Part shown: in pieces, positions 19,100-27,313 of the stretch
Numbering within the stretch: the first letter of the stretch is position 1
Layout: every line of letters begins with the position of its first letter
Assembly (NCBI GenBank): GCA_045589595.1
Contig: JAZNPK010000032.1
Location: 53,475 to 117,474, forward strand
Source of the DNA: Victivallales bacterium
Lineage (GTDB): Bacteria > Verrucomicrobiota > Lentisphaeria > Victivallales > UBA1829
Length of the DNA stretch: 64,000 bases
Direction: 5' to 3'
Notes under the pieces: model-generated
What the model was told of the DNA's origin: nothing
What the model saw: only the letters and a program-made list of their open reading frames with translations
Database searches by the model: none
Made by a program: the position numbers and the translations under genes

Positions 19100-20097
19100 A
19101 AAAATTTTTCCGATTTCTGTTTCTGACTGTTCTGTTGGCGATCCTTTCCGCCTGCCGGCATATTCCCGAAGCCGGGGAACTCGGACTGCCTTCTTTCATC
19201 GGCGAAGATACGGTGATCTATGTTCCCGGATGGCAGAGTCAGCAGGGAGAGGAATATGAAAAAATGGTGCGGGAACGGCAGGAACGGGAAATCGATTATC
19301 TGCAGAAAACCTTTCCCGGCTGTCAGGTGGCTTATTTGTACTGGAATAACGATGTGTCGTGGTCGGAATGTGTTGCAAATGCGGCAGATCTGACAAAAAA
19401 ATTGTATCAGTATCTCCGGACATTGCCGGCAGCAGAACGGGACCGGATCATTCTTGCCGGACATTCGCTCGGTGCAAAAACGGTGATCAATACCATGGCA
19501 TCTCTGCAACGCCACAAATGCCGTATTCAGCAGGGCGTTTTTCTCGGAGCTGCACTTGCCGATAACGATCCGGATATCGACCGGGCGGTCAAAGCCTCTG
19601 TCAAACCCGTGATCAATGTGTACAGCCCCGCTGACGGAACATTGCGGTTTCTGCTGGGATCGTTGCGGAAAGCCGGTCCACTCGGCGCATACGGAAATGC
19701 AAAACCTTATCCGCCTGAACGATTTCTGCAGTATCGCGTTACCCCCCATTTCACGGGGAGCGACTGGATCCATAATCACTGGAGCGTTTTTTATCTGGAA
19801 CGGCTCCAGCAGGCTTTGTCCACACCGGATACCCCGAATGAGATCCATCCTCCGGAACCCCGGTTGAAGATCCCGTATAAAACCCGGAAATCAAATTATG
19901 TTTCCGGCACATCTGCTGTCATCCCGTGGAAAACTTTGCGCAGTTCCCACGGATGGCGGCTCCAGCAGAACAAGATCCTGCCGCTGCAATGCCGTCTCAT
20001 CGACCGGCGCGATTTCATCCGCGCGGAAGGCAATAAAAAAGAAATGACCGAATCTTTCGACTCGGTCATGAAACAATTGAAGATCAGAAATCACTGA
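19096..20097 (+). CDS. Lipoprotein, alpha/beta-hydrolase-like (Ser nucleophile elbow)
   Basis: Signal peptide with lipobox (LLAILSAC). GHSLGA nucleophile elbow. ATGA overlap with the uvrA stop. The C-terminal ~90 aa is unassigned. Confidence 0.5.
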   Translation: MKKFFRFLFLTVLLAILSACRHIPEAGELGLPSFIGEDTVIYVPGWQSQQGEEYEKMVRERQEREIDYLQKTFPGCQVAYLYWNNDVSWSECVANAADLTKKLYQYLRTLPAAERDRIILAGHSLGAKTVINTMASLQRHKCRIQQGVFLGAALADNDPDIDRAVKASVKPVINVYSPADGTLRFLLGSLRKAGPLGAYGNAKPYPPERFLQYRVTPHFTGSDWIHNHWSVFYLERLQQALSTPDTPNEIHPPEPRLKIPYKTRKSNYVSGTSAVIPWKTLRSSHGWRLQQNKILPLQCRLIDRRDFIRAEGNKKEMTESFDSVMKQLKIRNH

Positions 20098-20491
20098 TCA
20101 CAAACCGTATTTGAAGTGCCTGAAGCGAAAGATCCACCAGGATCGGTTTGGTGTACTGAATACGGAAATAAGAATCCCCGCAAACCGCACCCGATAACAA
20201 CGCAGAGACCTTATCCGCCAGCGGCAGCAACTTCGCAGACGCCCAGAGATCCTCGCCGTCAACACACAGGATCACATCGATCGCCTGACAACGCAACGGC
20301 TCATTGCCGAAATCCGCTTCCCGGATCGCTACCACAGCCGCCGGTAAACGCAGCGCAGGAAATAATTCCGGGATCTGCTCCGCCTGCTTCTCGCCCAGCA
20401 AATAAGTTGTCCATTCCGGAGACGATTGAAGACGCAATACCGTAAACTCCACCAACTCCGCCGTCGCTTTCAATTCATTCGTAACCGCCAT
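20084..20491 (-). CDS. Hypothetical protein (135 aa)
   Basis: Clean ORF with no recognisable motif. Size and alternating beta-like pattern are reminiscent of small phage head-tail connector or tail-completion proteins, but that is an impression only. The 3' end overlaps the convergent gene by 14 nt. Confidence 0.4.
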   Translation of the reverse strand: MAVTNELKATAELVEFTVLRLQSSPEWTTYLLGEKQAEQIPELFPALRLPAAVVAIREADFGNEPLRCQAIDVILCVDGEDLWASAKLLPLADKVSALLSGAVCGDSYFRIQYTKPILVDLSLQALQIRFVISDF

Positions 20492-20558
20492 AATGCTTTC
20501 ACACTCCTTTCAAAGTTGTCTTTGTAAAGGCGGAAAGCGTCAAATAAAATGATGATAA

Positions 20559-20789
20559 GATGTGTGTTTCGCACTGCCGTGCGACCAGCGGACTGCCGCT
20601 GGACCGCAGCAAGGGCACAGCCCTTGACGTTGAGCAGAAAACTTGCACTTCGTGCGGCGTTTTCTGCCATAGTCATCACTGCACGCTGTGATGACGGAAG
20701 GAATAGAGCAGCACTCTGTCTTGATTGTGCTATTGAGTAAGCGAAGCGTTATGAAATAGCACTGTATGGCACACTCTGTGTGTGTTTAG
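20559..20789 (+). repeat. Multi-hairpin intergenic element, single full-length copy (copy A)
   Basis: Modules in order:
- CGCAC-tgcc-GTGCG (20570-20583)
- CCAGCGG-actg-CCGCTGG (20585-20602)
- AAGGGC-aca-GCCCTT (20611-20625)
- GCAGAAAAC..GTTTTCTGC (20634-20667)
- GTCATCAC-tgcacgct-GTGATGAC (20672-20695)
- GTGCTATT..AATAGCAC (20727-20762)
- TATGGCACACTCTGTGTG

The core 20581-20667 is nearly identical to 58951-59036. Confidence 0.75.
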
Positions 20790-21685
20790 AAGGAGATTTG
20801 AGCGGTTGTTGTGATTGTGATTTGTTGTCCTGCAACGAAAGAAAATGATGGAATGCAATGAGCGAAAGGCAGACCGGTGAGGAATGGGGTATCGGGATTC
20901 CGTTTACTGAATCGACGGAAGATCCTCATTTTTTCGTCATCGGATCCGCAATCGCCGGAGAAGGAACCGATGATGATGGCGGCGGCGTTCCGGATGATTC
21001 CGGCGAGTTCGAGTTGAAGCATCATGCGGTCGATTTTCCGGGGTTCTTCATCGATATCTTCCACGGCGATGATCGTATTCCGGAGATCGGGCATCCACGG
21101 TGTGCCGCAGTAACTGATGAGCAGGGAGAGGTTGACCGGTACCAGCGGGGCGGTGATCTGCCGGGTGAGGGTGGTCAGCGGCTGCAGGGGAAGTGTTTCC
21201 GGCGGACATGATTCACCCAGAGCGCAGGCGATGGCGCGTTTCATATATTTTGTTGTAAAACCATCAAGTACAGGTATGTGTTTGACCATTGGCGTCATGA
21301 CAGGGCATCCGGCGTGCTGCGACATCATTGCAAGGTGCAGTGCGGTAATGTCGCTGTATCCGCAGATGGGCAGATTCCGTTTGCGGAGCAGGTCCCAGTC
21401 GATGAGTCCGGGCAGGTATGCGGCACCGTAACCGCCCCGGGAACAGAGGATCAGTTGAATGGAATCATCCCGGATCAGGGAATTGAGATCGTTTGCGCGG
21501 GTGATATCGCTGCCGCCGAAATAATCTTCTTCGCCGGCGGTGAGGATGTTTTCAGCGCAGACCGTTTCGATCCCGTATGAATGGATCAAATCGAGTCCCG
21601 CCTGAAGTTCGCCGGGATCGGGCAGTTTTGAGGGGGAACAGATCCCGATTTTTTTCAATGAGGCAGGAAACGGGGAAAGGTGCAT
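20786..21685 (-). CDS. ldcA: LD-carboxypeptidase (peptidase S66)
   Basis: 299 aa. GYSDITALHLAM nucleophile-Ser motif and general S66 layout. Confidence 0.8.
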   Translation of the reverse strand: MHLSPFPASLKKIGICSPSKLPDPGELQAGLDLIHSYGIETVCAENILTAGEEDYFGGSDITRANDLNSLIRDDSIQLILCSRGGYGAAYLPGLIDWDLLRKRNLPICGYSDITALHLAMMSQHAGCPVMTPMVKHIPVLDGFTTKYMKRAIACALGESCPPETLPLQPLTTLTRQITAPLVPVNLSLLISYCGTPWMPDLRNTIIAVEDIDEEPRKIDRMMLQLELAGIIRNAAAIIIGSFSGDCGSDDEKMRIFRRFSKRNPDTPFLTGLPFAHCIPSFSFVAGQQITITTTAQISF

Positions 21686-21866
21686 AATTTGATCCTTTAT
21701 CAGTGAAGTTCATTTTTACTGTGTCAATTTAGTACGGAATGGCAAAAAAATCAAGCGAAAATCCGGAAGTGATTTTAATTTCTGCAAAGTGGTGATATAT
21801 TATTAACATAATTATCAGAAAAAGATTGCCGGTTTATAAAATCTACAACATGAAGGAGACAGGATC

Positions 21867-23063
21867 ATGGCAACAAAGAAAGCCCCGGTAAAAAAGAAAT
21901 GTGCGGCGAAAAAAACAGCACCCAAAGGAAAAATCGTGAAAGTTGCCGTGATCGGATGCGGCGCCCGTGGAGCCGGAGTTGTGAAAAATCTGCTACGCGA
22001 CTCCAACCGCTGCGTGAAAGTCATATCTGCGTATGACCCGGACAAAGCCCAGTGTGAACGCGCCATGAGCAAAGAGATCTGGGATCAGCCCGATATGAAG
22101 ATCTGTTCCAGTTATCAGGAAGCGATCGCGGTCCCGGGCGTGGAATGGGTAATGGTGTTTTCTCCCAACGCTTATCATCACGAAGGGATCCTGGAAGGAT
22201 TCCGTCAGGGCAAACATGTGTTTACGGAAAAACCCCTTGCAACTTCCATTGAAGACTGTCAGAAGATCTTTGATGCCCATCAGAAATCCGGCGTGAAATT
22301 TGCCACCGGTTTCGTGCTGCGTTTCTCTCCGCTCTACCGGAAAGTGAAAGAATTGCTGGCATCCGGCGCATTCGGCAAACTGATCAGCATCGACGCCAAC
22401 GAAAATATTGCCCCGAGCCACGGCGCATATATCATGCGTAACTGGCGCAGACATACCAGCGAAGCCGGACCCCATATCCTCGAAAAATGCTGTCACGACC
22501 TGGACCTTCTGAACTGGTTTGTTGACAGCAAGGCAAGCCGGATCGCAGCGTTCGGCGGCAGAGATTTCTTCCTGCCCGAAAACAAGGGAATGGATCAGGA
22601 ATTTCCCTGCTTCCTCAATACATGGTGGGACGCACACGCGATCGATACCGCGTTCTCCGGCGATACCGACCTGATGGATAATACCGTTGCGATCTTCGAA
22701 TACCGGAACGGCGTCCGCGTCCAGTTCCAGGCAACGATGTCCAACGCGATCCCGGAACGGCGTATGATGTTCTGCTGCAGCCGCGGAACCATCATTGCAG
22801 AATGTTATGCAAGTACCGTAAGCTGGCAGCTGCTCGGTCAGAACCGTCAGACCATCCACTTCGGCGGCGATGGGCACGGCGGCGGCGACTCCTTCCTCAT
22901 GAAAGAACTCTACGAAGGCGCAATGACACAGAAAGATGCCATGCCCTCCTGCAGCGGAAACGAAGGTCTGGAATCCGCCGTCCTCGCGCTCGGTATCGAT
23001 AAAGCCGCACGGACCGGTAAGACCGTCGATATGGAACCCGTCTGGAAAAAACTGAAACGCTGA
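21867..23063 (+). CDS. Gfo/Idh/MocA-family NAD(P)-dependent oxidoreductase
   Basis: Rossmann motif KVAVIGCGARGAG after a Lys-rich N-terminal extension, and an EKPLATS motif. 398 aa. Confidence 0.8.
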   Translation: MATKKAPVKKKCAAKKTAPKGKIVKVAVIGCGARGAGVVKNLLRDSNRCVKVISAYDPDKAQCERAMSKEIWDQPDMKICSSYQEAIAVPGVEWVMVFSPNAYHHEGILEGFRQGKHVFTEKPLATSIEDCQKIFDAHQKSGVKFATGFVLRFSPLYRKVKELLASGAFGKLISIDANENIAPSHGAYIMRNWRRHTSEAGPHILEKCCHDLDLLNWFVDSKASRIAAFGGRDFFLPENKGMDQEFPCFLNTWWDAHAIDTAFSGDTDLMDNTVAIFEYRNGVRVQFQATMSNAIPERRMMFCCSRGTIIAECYASTVSWQLLGQNRQTIHFGGDGHGGGDSFLMKELYEGAMTQKDAMPSCSGNEGLESAVLALGIDKAARTGKTVDMEPVWKKLKR

Positions 23064-23083
23064 TCCACAGCGCTTTTCGGCAG

Positions 23084-23257
23084 GTCGCCGTCACACACAC
23101 ACACGACCGGCGCAGGATCCGCCCCGCCCGCGCCGCGAGCGGGGCGTGTTCGTTTTCAGCGGGCGGCGGGCGGCACCGTCCGCCGCGCTGAAAACGGCAC
23201 AGCCGGGCGGTTTGACCGCCCGGCGATCCTGCGCCGGTGTGTGTGGCGGCGGCTGAC
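23084..23257 (+). other. GC-rich branched stem-loop element: three hairpins enclosed by a long closing stem (X1)
   Basis: Closing stem: CCGGCGCAGGATC (23107-23119) pairs with GATCCTGCGCCGG (23225-23237), extended by a (CA)n/(TG)n duplex. Inner hairpins:
- CGCCCCGC..GCGGGGCG (23120-23146)
- GTTTTCAGCG..CGCTGAAAAC (23152-23195)
- GCCGGGCGG-tttga-CCGCCCGGC (23202-23224)

A T6 run follows at 23259-23264. Confidence 0.6.
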
Positions 23258-23288
23258 ATTTTTTCAGGAATAAAAATCAAAAAACGGC

Positions 23289-23317
23289 TTGACAAAACTT
23301 TGTTCCGGTGTTTTAGT
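23289..23317 (+). promoter_or_regulatory. Sigma70-like promoter candidate for the ankyrin gene
   Basis: Consensus TTGACA (23289-23294), 17-nt spacer, TTTAGT (23312-23317). Lies about 45 nt upstream of the ATG at 23361. Confidence 0.35.
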
Positions 23318-23360
23318 ACTTTACTCATTTAAACGCTAAGGACAGCAGGAGATTTTTTGA

Positions 23361-25466
23361 ATGAAGATGATGATGCGGGCATTGCTTTTATTTCTTTTTC
23401 TTTTTTCCGGTATTTTTCTGTATGGTGATTTGCGCAAGTCGGTACAATCCCGTCTGAAGAAAGGGGATCCGAAAGATATTCTGTTTTCATCCATCCATCA
23501 TCCGGATTTTGACTTGAAGATCCTCAAGCTGATCATGAGCAAACTGGAAAATTTTGATGTGCAGTCGGAACAGCGCAGGCGTACGATCCTTCATTATCTT
23601 GTGACGCATCTGCCGCGGGACTATTCGTCCGGCAGAAAGCGCGGCACGACCCAGTACAAATTGAATATGCGCGGTGTCCGTGAGCGGATCGCCATGATCA
23701 AATATTGTCTTGCCAACAAAGCGGATCTGACGATCGTGGATTACCGGGGGCGTCCGATCCTTTACGAAGCATGCAATTCGGGCAGTGTGGACATTGTAAA
23801 GGTCCTGATCGAGGCGGGTGCGGACAAATTTGTGGTGAACCCTCTGAAAAACACGATCCTTCATGCGGCGGTAGTTTCCGGAAACATTGATTTGGTGAAA
23901 TATCTGTTGAGTATCGGTTTGGATCTGAATGCCGCAAACATGAACGGAATGAAACCGGTTCACATGGCGGTGAGCGTTCATTCCGAAAAATTTGAATTGT
24001 CTGTCGCCATGTTGAAATTCCTGTTGTCCCAGAAAGTCGATATGGAAGATACGGACCGTTATGGGCGTAATCTGCATCATGTGGCTGCGGCTCACGCCAA
24101 TATCCCGGCGATCGAATATCTGCTGAAACTGGGCAAACCGTCACCTGATATGGCGGACAAAAACGGGGAAACGCCCCTGTTTGTTGCGGCGTCACGGGGG
24201 AATTTTGAAACATTTGAAGTTCTGCACGGCACGAAAGCGGATTGCAATGCCAGACAGAAAAATACAGGCTACACGCCGTTGATGATCGCTTTGCTCAATG
24301 AATCGCATGCTGCAAATGCCACCGGTATTTTCCGGCCTGAAAATATTCAGCATCTTTCCGGAGCTTATCAGAAAAAATATAAAGAGATCATTACAGTTCT
24401 GTTGAAATCCATCAAGGATGTGAACGATGCGGATCTGGAAGGCAACACCCTGCTGCACTTCGCGGCGATGAACGGGAACGAGGATGTTGTCCGGGCGCTC
24501 ATCCGGCGCAATGTGGATGTGAACATCAGAAACAAAAAGGGGGAAACCCCGGTCATGCTGGCAGCCCGTTACGGCAAAGAGGGCGTCCTGCGTCTGCTTT
24601 CTGCCAAAGGTGCTGATACGGATGTGGCGGATGATTCCGGCATTACCATGCTCCACAAAGCTGCAATGTCGGGCAATGAAGAAATGCTGAAACGCCTTGC
24701 AACGAAAAAAATGGACATCAATGTCCGTGACAAAAACGGCAATACGCCGCTGATGCTGGGCGTCAATCAGATAAAAACGGTTGAATTTTTCATAAAACAC
24801 AATGCCGATCTGACACTGGTCAACAATCAGAACCAGACATTGCTGCATTGTGCGGCGATGCGCGGAAATCCGAAGACGATCCAGCTTCTCCTGAACGAAC
24901 ACAAGTTTGATCTGAATGCCAGAGACAAAAACGGCAATACGCCGCTGATGGCTGCCGCTTACAGCGGAAATCCGTCGTCTGTGCGGGTGCTGATCAATGC
25001 CGGTGCAGATGTTTCCATCGCGGACAACAACAAGCGCAATCTGTTCATGGCGGCAGTGCTGTGCGATTCCATCGATTTGATGAAACAGCTGAAATCCTCC
25101 GGTAAATTCCAGATCAATGCGGTCGATTCCATGGGCTTTTCCGCTCTGGTCCTGGCGGTCCGGGCGCAGAAAATGCAAATCGTCAAATATCTGCTGAACT
25201 CCGGTGCGAATCCCGTCTGTCAGGTCGGACCGCAGAAGTACGATATTTTCCATTTCGTCGCCGAAAACAAAGCAATGAGCGATTTGCTCGCAGATGCCAT
25301 CGGCAAACGGTCCTTTGAAAAGATGTCTGCCCCTGTTCCTGCTCCGGCAGCAACACCGGCAGCGGCTCCTCCGCCGCCGCAGAAAAAGCCGTCTGTTCAG
25401 AAACCGGAACAGCCTGAAACGCCGGCGAAGATCAACGACGACGCATTCCGCGGCGATCAGTGGTAA
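23361..25466 (+). CDS. Secreted/membrane-anchored ankyrin-repeat protein
   Basis: N-terminal signal-like helix (ALLLFLFLFSGIFLYG). At least 15 ANK-type repeats (e.g. GNTLLHFAAMNGNEDVVRALIRRNVDVN, NGNTPLMAAAYSGNPSSVRVLINAGADV). Pro/Ala-rich C-terminal tail. Confidence 0.85.
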   Translation: MKMMMRALLLFLFLFSGIFLYGDLRKSVQSRLKKGDPKDILFSSIHHPDFDLKILKLIMSKLENFDVQSEQRRRTILHYLVTHLPRDYSSGRKRGTTQYKLNMRGVRERIAMIKYCLANKADLTIVDYRGRPILYEACNSGSVDIVKVLIEAGADKFVVNPLKNTILHAAVVSGNIDLVKYLLSIGLDLNAANMNGMKPVHMAVSVHSEKFELSVAMLKFLLSQKVDMEDTDRYGRNLHHVAAAHANIPAIEYLLKLGKPSPDMADKNGETPLFVAASRGNFETFEVLHGTKADCNARQKNTGYTPLMIALLNESHAANATGIFRPENIQHLSGAYQKKYKEIITVLLKSIKDVNDADLEGNTLLHFAAMNGNEDVVRALIRRNVDVNIRNKKGETPVMLAARYGKEGVLRLLSAKGADTDVADDSGITMLHKAAMSGNEEMLKRLATKKMDINVRDKNGNTPLMLGVNQIKTVEFFIKHNADLTLVNNQNQTLLHCAAMRGNPKTIQLLLNEHKFDLNARDKNGNTPLMAAAYSGNPSSVRVLINAGADVSIADNNKRNLFMAAVLCDSIDLMKQLKSSGKFQINAVDSMGFSALVLAVRAQKMQIVKYLLNSGANPVCQVGPQKYDIFHFVAENKAMSDLLADAIGKRSFEKMSAPVPAPAATPAAAPPPPQKKPSVQKPEQPETPAKINDDAFRGDQW

Positions 25467-25476
25467 ACCGTTCTGC

Positions 25477-25517
25477 TGCATCCACCCGGTCCGGGTGTAT
25501 CTGCAAGTCTTTTTATT
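25477..25517 (+). terminator. Possible intrinsic terminator after the ankyrin gene
   Basis: TGCA..CACCCGG / CCGGGTG..TGCA imperfect hairpin (25477-25505), followed within 5 nt by a T-rich run (25510-25517). Confidence 0.45.
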
Positions 25518-25604
25518 CATAAAAATGCGCTTGCAAAATGAACATTCCCGTGTTACATTACCGGGATAAGGCAACCGTTATATTTTTACAGGAGGATCAG
25601 TTTT

Positions 25605-26093
25605 ATGACTCAGGAAGAGATCAAACAGTTTATTGCGGATAAGACAAACGAAGGTATGGCGTTGAGTGCCATTCAGGACGCACTCGCCGCACAGGGCGTC
25701 AAACTCCGCTTTATGGAATTGCGTATGCTTGCCGCAGAAATCGAATCTGTTCTGGCAAAGAAAGAATCGGAAAAAGCACCCCCGCCGGAACCGGAAAAAG
25801 AGCAGAAAGATCCGGCTGCCGGTGATGCCGCCGCTGCTCCCGCAGATGCCCCCGCCCCAGCTCCCGCCGCAGATGCACCTGCCGGGATCAGAGGAAAGAC
25901 CACGGTGACCATCAGCCCCATTCAGCGTCCCGGATATATGGCGTGCGGAACCGTTTCTTTCGGGTCCGGAGCAACCGCGGAATGGTTTCTGGATCAGACC
26001 GGCCGCCTCGCGCTGGACAATGCCAGCGGTCAGCCCGATCAGCAGGACATTCAGGAATTTCAGGTGGAACTGCGGAAAGCATTCGGCGCGTAA
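25605..26093 (+). CDS. Hypothetical two-domain protein with Pro/Ala-rich linker
   Basis: 162 aa. GGAGGA lies upstream of the ATG. Ends 24 nt upstream of the RdgC-like gene. No recognisable family. Confidence 0.4.
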   Translation: MTQEEIKQFIADKTNEGMALSAIQDALAAQGVKLRFMELRMLAAEIESVLAKKESEKAPPPEPEKEQKDPAAGDAAAAPADAPAPAPAADAPAGIRGKTTVTISPIQRPGYMACGTVSFGSGATAEWFLDQTGRLALDNASGQPDQQDIQEFQVELRKAFGA

Positions 26094-26117
26094 CTTAAAA
26101 AAGAAAGGAAAGAAAAC

Positions 26118-27236
26118 ATGTCTTTTGAAACTGGTACAACCGCACTTATGATCTGTCCCCTCTCCGGTGAACTGCCGGAAGATTTTCTCGACGGATTCGC
26201 TAAATACAGAGCCGGCAGACTGGATGACGTGAAGGAGGAACCCGTTATCGGCTGGGTCAGTGGCAGACATCTGCTGGAAACAGAAATCAGCGAAGGCACC
26301 TGCATTTGCGGCGGCCATCTCTATATCAATCTGCGCAAAGCGGAACGCAAGATCCCCTCACAGCTCCTCAATGCCATCTGCCGGCGGGAAGAACTCGCCC
26401 TGATGCAGGCTACGGATAAACCCGTTCTCTCCCGCAAAGAACGCGCTCAGATCAAGGAAGATGCCATCGAAAAAAATCTGATGAAAATGCCACCCAGCAT
26501 TTCCGCCATGCCCCTGATCGTGGACCGCTCCAACAATGTGCTGTATTTCGGCAGCTCCTCCGCCACTTCTTTTGATGTGATGGTGGCGGAATTTGTGCGT
26601 GCAGTGGGTGTTGAACCGGTCCCCGTTTCCGTCAATGAATGGATGGAAAAGCTCTTTCAGGAAACGGAAGCGGATCTGCCCGGACTCACATTCACTTCGG
26701 AAAAAGGTGCATCCGATGAACCTATGCCCGGACGGGATTTCCTCACCTGGCTCTGGTACTGCTCCGAATGTGATCCCTTTGTCTGCCGTCTTGATGACAT
26801 CGGCGAGATCGCCATTTCTGTTCTCGGTCCCCTGAACTTTGCATTCTCTCCGGCAAAGGCGAAGGACCCGGAACTCTGCGGCGCCGGCGAAAGTGTGGTC
26901 AAAAAGGGCAATCCCCTTTCTTCCGCGGAAGCGAAAGCCGCCCTGCAGGTCGGCAAAAAACTCCGGAAGGCAAAGATCATTCTGGCAAGAAATGATGCCG
27001 AAAAATGGACATTCACTTTTGATGCCGATACCTTTGCATTTACAGGTCTTTCCCTGCCCGAAGGCGAAGAAATGGAACCCAATGCCCGGCTGGAAGAACG
27101 GGTGGCTTACATCCATATCCTCCACCGGATCATGGAAGAATATTTCCGAATCTTTGTCCAGTCACTCCGGGGCGATCAACTCGCCGTCACGGAGAAAAAG
27201 ATCCGTCAGTGGGCAGAAGAACGGGACTCCCTCTGA
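26118..27236 (+). CDS. RdgC-like (recombination-associated) protein
   Basis: By-eye collinearity with E. coli RdgC: a GWV motif, then a ..RKAERKIPSQLLNAICRRE.. block matching RKEEKILPSPVIKQALEAK, then ..SISAMPLIVDRSNNVLYFGSSSATSFDVMVAEFVRAVG matching ..[36 protein letters not shown]. Longer (372 aa) than canonical RdgC. Confidence 0.6.
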   Translation: MSFETGTTALMICPLSGELPEDFLDGFAKYRAGRLDDVKEEPVIGWVSGRHLLETEISEGTCICGGHLYINLRKAERKIPSQLLNAICRREELALMQATDKPVLSRKERAQIKEDAIEKNLMKMPPSISAMPLIVDRSNNVLYFGSSSATSFDVMVAEFVRAVGVEPVPVSVNEWMEKLFQETEADLPGLTFTSEKGASDEPMPGRDFLTWLWYCSECDPFVCRLDDIGEIAISVLGPLNFAFSPAKAKDPELCGAGESVVKKGNPLSSAEAKAALQVGKKLRKAKIILARNDAEKWTFTFDADTFAFTGLSLPEGEEMEPNARLEERVAYIHILHRIMEEYFRIFVQSLRGDQLAVTEKKIRQWAEERDSL

Positions 27237-27313
27237 GTCTTCTGCGGGAACAAGCAGGAAAAATGCCGGTCTATCCCGATTGCGTCAATCTTGTAAACAG
27301 CAGGGGGTGAACA

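Noticed and set aside
20672-20700. Hammerhead-ribozyme-like CUGAUGA box (CTGTGATGAC) in the variable hairpin region, also at 58833-58842
   Set aside because: The sequence is GUGAUGA rather than CUGAUGA, so the essential C is missing. There is no appropriately placed GAAA/stem III arrangement, and other copies lack the box altogether.
23091-23104. (CA)7 microsatellite as a phase-variation tract
   Set aside because: It is intergenic, is not between promoter elements, and pairs with a (TG)4 tract as part of the X1 closing stem. A structural role is more parsimonious than slipped-strand switching.
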